From Thalia democratica (taxonomy: Eukaryota), in the NCBI GenBank assembly GCA_965202585.1, contig OZ241828.1, positions 36,642,001-36,706,000 of the forward strand: DNA of 64,000 bases. Reading direction: 5' to 3'. Under the pieces are notes generated by a model that made no database searches, had not been told where the DNA came from, and was given only the letters and a program-made list of their open reading frames with translations. Position numbers and translations under genes: made by a program. Positions 12,139-24,100 of the stretch are shown in pieces (position 1 is the stretch's first letter; each line of letters opens with the position of its first letter).

Positions 12139-15100
12139 GTAAATTGTCTTATGTTTGATAATCAATAAACTCTAGAAACTATTATTTATAAAACTGTTTA
12201 AACGATATAAACGTTTGATACGTTGCTAGTTTAAAAAATATAGGTATCATCAATAAGTACCTGTGATTAACAATGATTTTTTTGTTATTATATTTTGTAT
12301 ACCAAGATATCATTTAAACACAAATGTTAAATAGTATTTCTCAGAATTTTGTTTTGTTAACAAAAACAATTTTATGGGGCGCAGTATTTATTGTATTTAA
12401 AATTATGAGAATCAATCTTGTTTTGAGATACTATCGTATATTTTAGTGTCAGAAGGCTATTGAAATCTTTGTTCACAGTTTTAAAAGTCAATAAATTTCT
12501 GTTAGTAAATATTTAGCTACCTGACAAAAAAATGGCGTTTTATCGATTCGTAGTACGAACTTCAAAAAACTCAGTCACAATTGTTTAACAACCAAAGTTT
12601 TTAAATAGGGATAATAGATAAAATAAATAATTAAATAGCATCCACAAAATAGCTATTCAGATTCTGATATAAAATATGTGTATGTTACTAGAAATGCTAA
12701 AATTGTTGATAGCTGAAAACTAAAAAACTGCAGATAATTCTTTCATAGATATTTAAAATTAATACGATGAGCAGCAAACTTTTTAGCAGATTTTGCTTAA
12801 AAATCGTGAAGCACTCCCTGAGAAAAAGAATGCTTTTTGGTGTTTGATTAATAAATTACAAGTTTTGTAGACGCCGGTAAAGGTCATTGTAAAATTTCAA
12901 GAAAATCCGCAGCGAATTAAGCGGCCATTATCCTGGCGAACCAATATAGCTACTGAACGATAAACTGTAGAGATGTTGTTGTTTTTATTAAGAAAATGTT
13001 GTGTTTAACTTGATTAACTTTCTTATAAAGCAATAATGAGGTGATTTTAAGTGTGATACTTTTTCCGGTGGTCGCTCTTACTCAGCTTGAATAAGGTAAA
13101 TTTTAATTTTACTTAAAACGGCTCGGATTTTTATTAAAAAATAAACAAAATCTTTATAGCTTTACTCCAAGATAAAAATAACAATTATTAACAAGTTTAT
13201 TCAGTACAGAAAACATAATTTAGCTAGCAAAACTTATTTTTTATTCTTTTAAATTTGTTACAAGACTTCTCTAGACACAAACAGATTTACTAAAAAGCTC
13301 ATGACTAAACTAAGTTTCTTCAAAAAATTCTTGATTATAACTTTATCAGGTTTTACCAGGAATTGCATGGGGTGTGGGCACCTTATTCACGGCCCCTACA
13401 TCAGCACGTCACAAGGGGTCGACTTGCACTCACAGTGTCTCAAGTGCGCCGCATGCGGATGCAACCTGGGAGATATGGGAACCTGCTATATCAGGAACGA
13501 CAAACCTTACTGCAAAAACGACTACTTCCAGTTTGTTTAAAATTATACATGATACTTTTATTTAAATAAATGTTTTAACATTTAAACAAAAATATTCAAA
13601 ATGTGTTAAACTGGAAATTGTGATTTTTTTTTGAAATATGTTACATTTCTTCACTATCAAAGTTATAATGCTTAATATACATATACATAGTAGAGGTTTA
13701 AATGAATACTTATTTTAAAAACACTATTCTACAATTATTAAATCTTTGTTAGAATAACTAGTAACATTAAAATGTTTTTTAACTGTAAATATTATTTTTT
13801 ATTTTACCTTCAATTTATAAAGTGTATTTTTTGGTTTTATGAACATGTTTGATTATAAATTTATAAATAAGTTTTATTAACTGTTTTACATAACAATAAA
13901 CTCAATGGTCAAGTAAAAACAAAACTTTAGTTTGTGAACTACAATTCACAATAATTATACTGTCATAAGACTATCTTAAAACAAAAAGTTTACTTCTTAT
14001 TTAATGTATAAAGTATATTAAAATAAAAAAGCCTAAACTTAAGAAAGACCTTAATGCGTTTTAAAAACTTATTATGTAATTCAAATTCTTTAAAAGCGAT
14101 GATTTAAATTTTAACTTGCAATTGACACAAAATCGATCAAAGAATATCCAACTGAAACTGTAAAACCTTTTAATTCTGACGCTGCTGATTGAAAACACCT
14201 GTTTCGTTTAAAAACCTCTAAAATATTCGGGAAAACTTAAAGAACTTACAAATCTATCTTCTAGTGTTTCAGTTTGGTCTTAAGCATTAAGTTAAAAGCA
14301 AAACTGTCGATTGAATTAGCGCACAAATATAGTATTAGTAGTACAACTCAGATTGTTGAGTGTTAGATTATTTCATGTGGTTTTTGTTTGATAATAAAAA
14401 TCTTTTAAAAAGAGTCTTAAAATTAGTGTTTTGTTAAGATTTATGTTTAATCCAATACATAAGATTTTAGAACACTTAATGTAAAAACTAATTTATTTAA
14501 TTTTTGTTTATTTATAAAATTAATTTGAACATAAAAAATATTTATTGTTATTTTGCAAACATGTATTTTAACTTTAAATTTTGTGGTATATAAAATGGTA
14601 AGAATCTTTATAAATGTTTTATTTTTAATTACAAACATCATTTGAGTTTAAAGGGTAATTAATAACATAAAAACCGAAAACAAAGGTAAATTTTTGTTTG
14701 AAAAAACATTTTGTTTTTTTTTATATTGTCAGTTTTGCACTTTGAAAAGCCAACGACGAAATGTTTTAATTGTTTAGTTATTGAGAATTATCAGTATTAT
14801 TTTCACTTGCTGACTGCCAGTGATAAATGCAAAAACTAATTGTTCTGCCAAACTCGATCTGATTTTAAAGTTGCACGTGACAAAATTTAATTTGTTTGGT
14901 AAATAAAATATTTAACACACAAAATTAAACATTTAAAGTCGTTCGTAAACTATGTTCAAGGCCGAAAATTTTTAATTTTTTTTACTTTTTTATTTTTAGT
15001 TGGAAAGAAACTAAAGAAATTAATTTCAAAAACATTAAACTAAGCTAAAAATCTTTAAATATTGAAAGTTTCTTTAACTAATTATTTAACTAAGTTAATA

Positions 15101-18100
15101 AATTTTAATTTTAATACAAAAAATTGTTTTAATAAAAACATATGAGCGACAAAACAGTTCAAATAATTAAAAAAACACATTTAAAGGAGTTTAAATAGCT
15201 GATAAAAATGTCATGTATATCTTCAAATGAATGATAATTGTTTTTAAAGGCAGACGTATGTGATTACATTGACGACATTTGACACCCGTGTGACAAAATC
15301 TCTAAGTAGGTAGTTGAAAAATTAAACAAATTTTACGACTGTGTAATTTTATAAATCCATTTCATAATTCACACTTCCCATAAGTAAAACGGTCGTGTGA
15401 CAGAAAAGTGTCTGTTTTGTTTTGTTCCATTGTCAGCAGTCTCATAAATATTTCACAAGTTTAAACAAGCAAGATTTCATCTCGTTCTTATCTCACTCAT
15501 TTTTAAACTGGCAATTCGAGTCCAGTTAAAACTATATATAATATTATTTGTACCACCCTTTTTTAAACAGTTTTCGGTAACGATCGAGATTAAGTCTGTT
15601 TTTGAAGTCAGACGTTTTGTGACAAACAACAAACTCAGAACGTAAGTTTCCAGTCAATTCACTGTTTAGTCTCTGCTTTACAACTTTGAGCCCCACAACT
15701 TGATTAATCTCGTCTTTCTTAGTTGCTGCTTCTTTAAGTTTGTATTTCAGCTAATTTATGTCATTTAGTTCATTCATGCTCGCCCGTGCATAACAAATAT
15801 TGATGATGTGATACAAAACAACTTGCCGCTTTAACAAAAGACATCGCTATACAGTGATGTTACGCCTCGAGATGACATTGTTACGAACACAACCGGAAAC
15901 TCGACGGAATGAGTCGATCACACAAGCAAAAGAAAGTTATAGAAATTAAATCTTGCTGGTTGTTGCTAGGCAGCCCGCTACAAAGAGAGGAAGGGAGAAA
16001 TTAATCAAACGGTTTTTGACTTACAGCTCGGTTTTACAATCTCGAGCCGAACGTCGCTCGATTGCGACAATTGCTTTGTTTTTTTGACTTTCAATCGAAA
16101 AACTTGGCCTTTGCCTTCTAATGAAAATACTTTAAAAAAAATAAAATTAAGTTGTACTTGATTTAGTTTAAGTTTGCACCAAAGCTAACACTACGATTTT
16201 GTATGTCATCGCTCTATTACCTGCCTCACCGCAAACTTTGTGACGTCATAGTCAACGCCAACGACGGCTCACTGACATGTAAAGTGTCACCACTTAACTA
16301 GTTAAATAATTTTATATTTTCTCATGAAGCTTGAGGCGCTTAACTCTGACGTTGCCAACTGCAATTAGCTTAAAGTGAATTGTTTACTCGCAACAATAGG
16401 AAATTGCTACACTGTCGCTCGCAGTTGCCGGTGTTGGTTTGAAACCAAAATATCGATGCCATAAACTTAGAAATTTAAAGGTCAAATATTACGTATGTAA
16501 TTGTTTAAATAACAAAGTTTTAACTCATTTTTTATACTTTTTTATTAAATACTTTTTTATTAAATACTATTTACAGAGTGACTTTGTAAAGTTATTATTG
16601 TTAGTATTTTCATAATAATTTTTGCCGTGAATTATAAAATATGAAATATGCACTTTTCCTAAGATTTCCTGGCATATAACGAATATTTTTTTAATGAATT
16701 TGTTGTTCGCCTGCAGTTTATCAAAACGTTATGTCGTTTATTTAATAAAGGAAATAATGATTATCTTAAACTATTTTTTAATAGTAATATACTACTTTTA
16801 CAATAAGCTTTACAACAATTAATAAGACATGGAAAATGAGTTTATAATACACTATAATCTTTATTAAAATAATGAAGTATTGATCACTTATCATCATTAA
16901 TGCAATCTCTAATTAGTAATATTTATAAACTATTCAGCAATATGAATGACAATCAAGATTACTACGTATTTTGCACACAAATACATAAAACACACTTCAA
17001 ATAGTTTAAACTGACACCACTTATTACCAGTCGGTTGTGTTTAAACACACAAGCTCAACCCAAAACACTAAACTTCGTTTATTTTTATCAAACACAATAA
17101 ATTGAACAGCCATCAACAGATTAGTAGTTGAAAAGTTGTCGAGTTTCCGTAACTTGATCGTGCCTTGCTACGAGCTTTATTTGCAAAACAAGTAAAAGTT
17201 TAAATCTGCAAAAAGTGCGATCTGCTCACGAACTAAATATAGGCTGTTAGAAAAATTATCTTTAAAATGTTAGTTAAAGAACAAACTTGGTATACATAGT
17301 AGCTCTGTGATAACTATTTTCAAACAACGTTAAATTTAAAAAACAAGGTAGTGAGTTTAATAAATACTTGGTCTTTTTAGACTGAATCGTGTATACATAT
17401 ATATAATATTATACTGTTTACAGGTACTGAAAAATTTTAGTTTATTTACTTTTACATTTTTCATTACTTACGAAGAAACAAACAATTCTAAGCTTTTTTA
17501 GCTCGAAAAAGAATTCATAAAAAAAATTAAAACAATAAAAATAATCAATGGGTATATTTGAAACTTTTCTCTGTTCCTTAATGGAAAACATAATAAGTAA
17601 ATCCAAATACATATCGCAAAATAACAGGATTGTAATAGCAACAAATACTACAAATTTTAGTGGTCTTACAGTTTGCCTGATTCGCGACAGTCGACATATG
17701 TTATCAGCTGCGAGAATCTTTGCTTAGTTATTACTCATTCATTTGGTCTATGTTTTTCTTTGTAGAGCTTTTATTTATTTCCATATACGTTGTTCAAAAC
17801 CTCAGTGAAATTATATTAAGAAAATTTAGCATGACTTTTTTAATTAGTTTAAGTTTTAAACTAGAGTTTGCTGAAAGGATTAAATAACATCCTTAAAATA
17901 AGCTTTATTTTCAAAGAATATTGTTTAATCTGTAAATAGCTAATGGAGAGTTCATTGATTTTTCAATAGAATTTGAATAAAACACACCAACGATATAACT
18001 TAAATCTAAATATGACGTAATAACAACTACTTGCTGTCAAGTTGAAATACAGCTAAGGTTAATTATTTTTTCAAACAAAAAAAACTCAATCCGATTCGAT

Positions 18101-21100
18101 TTGAAGAACAGACGCACAAGTAGACACAACAAACAGGTTAAAATGTGGAGTTAAGATGTCGCCGTGCAAGCAAATCCTAAGGGATTAAATATCATTATCA
18201 GGAAATCACCGGCGTGTTGTTACGTCATAATAGCACACATAACTCTCAGTTTATGTTTTTTTTTTAATAATTTTTACTCATATTAATCTCAGTAAAACTA
18301 ATTGTTTTTTTATTGTCATTATAAATTTAGAAGTAATTTTTGAATAACTCGAGCTTAGCAGATAAATTATCTAAAATTATCAAATTTTTATAAACGAAAT
18401 TAGTTTTTTAATATGTATAATAATACTTATTTCGATCTTATTAATCAAACTAGTTTATAGATAAGAAAGTATAAACGTTTATCTGGAGCTCTTTGAATTT
18501 TTTAATAGACCAAAGTTGTATTAGCTTATTTAAAGTGATTTTAAAAATACACAAGAAAGAAAATAAAATACAAATTAAAACTGTTTTTTACTTTAAACTA
18601 CTATGACAAAATGATTAAACATAAAACGCGTGAAGTTTGCAATAAAACTACTGAAGATGTAATAAAACCCCTCTTAAAAAACGATTTTTATTTTAAAAGA
18701 TTAATAGTTTAATTATTTTGTTTCAAAGATAGTTAATTTGCTTTTATCAAACCTACTAATTGAATGTTTTAATTTTTATTAATTTTTTTTTGATGATATC
18801 TTAGTAATATAATAATAATAATAAGTAAGTATCTTTAAAATAATTTTAAAAAATAATTGCTTTCGAAAGTGTATACTACCTTTAAAAATCAGAAAAAATA
18901 GAAATGTGTTTAAATTTGCTTTACTTTCCAGCTTGTTTTCGCCAAAATGTGCAAAATGCAAGCTTGGACTGGTCAAAGGGGAGTTGATGATGTCTAGCAG
19001 AGATAAAAAGTATCACGTTCAGTGTTTTAGGTTAGTACAAAAATATAAAAGATTATTTGACTTGATTCTCAAGAACATCTGGTGCATAAACACTTTAACG
19101 ATAAGTTTAAATCTTTTTAAGATTTAGTTTTTAAGTAATTTTTTATAGTTAAATATTAATCATGAATGACTTCTTATCAACTGATTTAATTTACAGATGC
19201 TTTAAAGGTTTAGTGCACATGCATGCTTTATAACGAATATATAAAAAACATTTTTTTCATAACCATATGTTTAGTTAAATTTGAATAATTTGTTATTAAT
19301 TGATTTGTATTACAGATGTTACGCATGCCACAATCAGCTGATACCTGGAGATTCTTTTGTATGTAACGACGATGGAAGCATCTACTGCTTGCGAGATTAC
19401 GAAAGAATCATTAAAAAATCAGGAGAAGACAACAGAATTATTGGTGAGTCATTTGACTGTTAAAATCCTGTGTTAAAAGTTAGTATAAAGTACTGTTTTA
19501 AAAAGTGTCGTTTTACAGGCAGTAATATTAATATTTTTTTAAGCTTGATTAAAAAATAGTATCAGGTTATAGTCACATATTAAAATTAAAAAAAAATTAA
19601 TAAGGTATTTATATTGTATGAGAATAATAGTTTCCTAATATTAATATTTCCTTTCGTACTACAATTTCAAGTATAAACTGATTGTGAAGATCTACAAATA
19701 AACTATATACTATTTTAAGTACAACTGCTAAACAGAGATTTAACGTTAAACAGTACTGCATACACCTTAAAAACCAAAAACTACCGTTATAGTCACTCAC
19801 TAACCTCTAACTAACGGAAGCGCAAGTAAAAATTCACTCAGGCGTGTCGAAAAGATACCCTTTTGCCGCTGGCTACTCTGCAATTTAATTGGATAATCCG
19901 TGCAAGTTAACCTCGCATAACTCAACCTTCTCACTTTGTAATCTGATCAGATTTTCCGCGGCAAAACTTGCAGCACAATGAAGCTCGTTGTAGAGTGAAG
20001 AGGGAATTACCCTTTTTCGAAACCCCTTTGGTTGTTGAGGTTCGAAAATTCTTTGGCTTTTCTTGCGTTTGTTTGTTTATTAATTACTGATTTTTATTTG
20101 CGCTAAAATGTTATTACTCTTAATGATTCTAGTTCTGCCTTCGTTGCTGCGTAGAAAAATTTTCCATAAAATTCAAAGGTAGCCATTGATGGTTGATAAA
20201 GTAGAAGAAAGTTTAGCAGCAATAAATTTAACTGTTTTAAATATTATTCTGTTGTACAAACTTAATCTTTTCTAAATTGAGGATGTTTACAAAAATAACC
20301 TTACACATTTTACTTAAACATTTCAAATCTTTATTGTTTGTAGATTTTTATATGTATACTCTCTTAAACATTCCACGGAAAAAATAATATTTACCTTTGA
20401 TAGTTAAAATAATACACAAAAATGCTTAATTTTGTTTTAAAATGCATATTTACAGTAATTTTTTTTGAGTAAATAAGCTAACATGGTGTATCCAAAGAAC
20501 TAAAACCTTTAGCAACTAATTTATATTAGCTAATAAAAAGCAAGTTTCTAGAGTAATAAGTTAAGTTCGAAAAAAAGTATCGTAAAACAACTAAATATTA
20601 AATAAACATTCTATTGTTTAATTAAAATAAAATGTCTCTATCTAGAATGTGTTTGAAAATTTACAACCATTAAACAAGAATACAGTATATAAAATATCAG
20701 TCAAAAATAAAACTTACCAAAATCAATCGAAAGCAAGCAAATCATCCAAAAACAATGACATCAACCTAGCTTTAAGCGCGACTAAACAAAAACTGTTCCC
20801 AGCTGACAGTACAAATTTTAATATTAATAAAAAGACAAATGTCTTTCGAAGCGATCTTTATTTAAAGTCGTCACACGAAAGCAAATTGCCGCAATTAAGG
20901 TATTAATACAACGATAACGACAAGTCGCCTCAAGCTTAAGATAAAGTCACCTGCAAAATAGTTGAATATGAGCGTTTCAAATAATAAACTGCTGCAGTTA
21001 AAATAATTGGCTTTATCGGAATTTTCCATCAGCTTCGACTTGTATGTAAATGTTCAAAGTTTTCTTTTTGTTTTGAAAACAAATCAATGATTTTTGATAA

Positions 21101-24100
21101 CTTTCTTAATAACTATTTTTTCTAACTTATAGCGCTTTCCGAAACAACGACGAGCTTTTTTTTGATTTCTTGTTACTATTTAAAAGAGGTTTTAAAAGTT
21201 TAAACTAGTTTCGACGAGACGCTTCAAACGCCGGACGCCATTTTCTACGACATACGTATATTTAAAAACTAAACTGAACTAATTATCAAAATACTTTGAA
21301 AGTATAATTACTTATAAAAAATCAAAACAAAACCGTAAAAACAACTAAAAGTTACCAAAGATTTTATATTTTGTAAAACCATGTAAATTCTATTTACGTG
21401 CAGACGCACACACGGGACAAATAGTTCCAGGACAGAACATGAACCACGGTCGCAGGGGAGGACACATTTCATCGGAAGAGCGCGGCAAGGATCAAGGGGC
21501 AAGCAGCAAGAGAAGAGTCAAGACGACGAGACAGAGGACGGTGCTGAACGAGAAGCAGCTGACGGTGCTGCACACCTTCTACGACAACAACTGCAGGCCC
21601 GACGCCATCATGAAGGAGCAGCTGACCGCCATGACCGGCCTTCCTCAACGAGTCATCAGGGTGTGGTTCCAGAACAAGCGGTGCAAGGACAAGAAGAGGT
21701 CGATCGCGCTCAAGCAGCAGCAACAGCAGAAGATGGAGCAGCAGCAGATGTGGAACGGCGAGGGAGGGGAGCAGCAGAATTCTGGGCTGCAAAAGCAGCA
21801 GGTTGGTTAAATTAAAATGTTAAATATTATTTGTATTAATAAAACTAATAATTGTAGAATTAACCGTAAAAATAGTCGACTTTTTATGTGTCATGTTTTT
21901 ATTTTGCAAACATTAATAAGAATCTGTAAACAATTTTTTTTAAGTCTTTTTTAATAGGTTTTAATAAAAAAGTTAGTTTGATTACATTTTTATTATTGCC
22001 CTTACTTGTCTCTTTTGCTTTAATTTCTTTTTTTTTTCTGTTTGTAGACAATTTTTAAAGTAGCTTCTAGCTAGACATTTAGAAAAAAATTTCTTTTTTA
22101 TAAATTTGTGACTATTTATTTTATTATTTTTTTTTAAGTTTATTGTCAAACGAAGGACCTAGGTATTAAAACCCAAGCCACTTAAACTCAAAAACACTAA
22201 CATAAACAGAAAAAACAAATTACAGTGTTAAAACAAACATAAAACTCATACAAGGCACAAACTGAAAAAACTCAAACTTTCACAACCAAAATATTCAACG
22301 ATTCCAAAGCGACAAATCTCCAATTATACATTCCGAAGCAACAGTTCTTTGACTTAAGCATCTCTTGTCAAAATTCTTAATCTCAAAATTCTAGTAACCA
22401 TCTTGAAGACATAAGTCAACCACTCTTCATCAAACAAGAAATTTAGAAACGGAATTCATTTTCAACTGCAGACAAAAATCTTCATCTTGCAGAACATTGA
22501 TCTCGACAACTATTTGCCATTCATCATATTTTCAAATTTTCACCACGGCAAATTCAGTCAAAAATAACTTCAAACATGTGGCAGCAACAATTCACAAATC
22601 TAGCTTACAAATCAACTGAGCATCCAATAATTTTTTATTCTAAGCCCCAAGCACATTAACAATAGACCGGCTAAAAATCAAAATTAAAAACAATTTAAGA
22701 TCTATAAGGGGAAGGTGTTGCTTACAAATCAAACTACCAATAAAAAGACAAATAAATTCTAATGGCATTCTCAATTCTCAATTCTCATTACGCATTTAAA
22801 GTCTACGATATTCTTTAAAACAAGGTATTAACAAAATAGTTAATTTATGTTTAGAATTTGAAAAAAAAAGCTTCTAAACTAAATTGAAAAATAATTAAAT
22901 ACGTCGTCTGTTTTTGTAACAACAAATAGTTCAAGTACGTCTTAATCGGAGCAAGTAACTGAGCAGATGTAGATTATTTTTAATCGGGTTTAGTTTTCTT
23001 TTGTGTCAACTTAATCTAAATCATAAACTTACGAACATTTTAAAAGCGTATTTACAAAACAAAATAAGATTGTCAGTTAAGAAATAATTTATTACTAAAT
23101 TTTCAGTTCATGGCAGTTAAAACATTTTAATTGAATACTGGTTGCTTTGAAAACATTGCAATATCTGAATTTTTTAAATCAATTTGTGAAAGATAATTAC
23201 TTTTTTAAACATAATGCAGTAAAAGTCTTTTAAATCGGCTTCAAATACTTAGTTCACACATCACACATTTACGTTTGTAATTGAAATCTATTAGTTCCCA
23301 TACACTCATTAAGCTTTATTAAATATTGTCAGTCAATACATTTAATACTTTCTATTGCACTTTCACACTGATTAATGCTGACCCCTGACCCTTGACAACT
23401 TTAAACTTATCGCATGTAGTTGAGACAGCAGCAGATTACTTTCAAAGGTTTTTCCAAAATTTCACGCCTATTGTGCCACTCATTAATCCTCAACACCAGA
23501 GTCTTATGACGTCATAATCCAATGCATTTCGCACAGCTGCAGTTCGTAAGAGCTTGCCTTGTAGTGCTTTTATCTTTAAATTGCTGACCGTCTACGCTTG
23601 TCTACCAAAAGTTTTGAATAGTAAGCAGATTACCGTTTTATGTAAAGGAAGGTTTCAAATTTCAAAACATGTTAACCAATTAAAAAAAATTTTACAACTT
23701 AAACCAAATCCAAAGAAAAACCTATAAAATAAACATACAAAAAAAATTATTAAATGAGTATGTATTTAATTCTTAAAGTTCATAAAAAATATTATTATAA
23801 ACTAAAATAGCTTATTTTATACAAAGCGTCTATTCTTCAAAGTGAAAACTTAAAATAAAAGAAATTTTATATTCATACTTTCTATTTCTACTTTTTTTAA
23901 GTTTACTAAAGTTTTGTTGTATAAAAAATACTTTTGCTTGTCTGATTTAAAGGTTTAAATAAATGTTTAATACTTAATGTTTTGAAACTTATTAAGATGA
24001 TATAATTAATTAATTCAACCATAGTAAAAGGTAAGTTATTAAAGGCAATTGGTTTTCTTTATAAAACAAGGTACTTTTTTAATGAAAAGTCTTTGTACTT

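Noticed and set aside
21633-21659. Hammerhead-like string antisense to the homeodomain (CUGAUGA-CUC-GUU-GAG-GAAG)
   Set aside because: GAAG instead of GAAA and no convincing stem III or stem I; explained by the [10 protein letters not shown] codons.
21308-21792. Antisense ORFs over the homeodomain exon (likewise 11820-12087, 56023-56241) and alternative + frames 13363-13569
   Set aside because: Shadows of GC-rich Islet coding exons.
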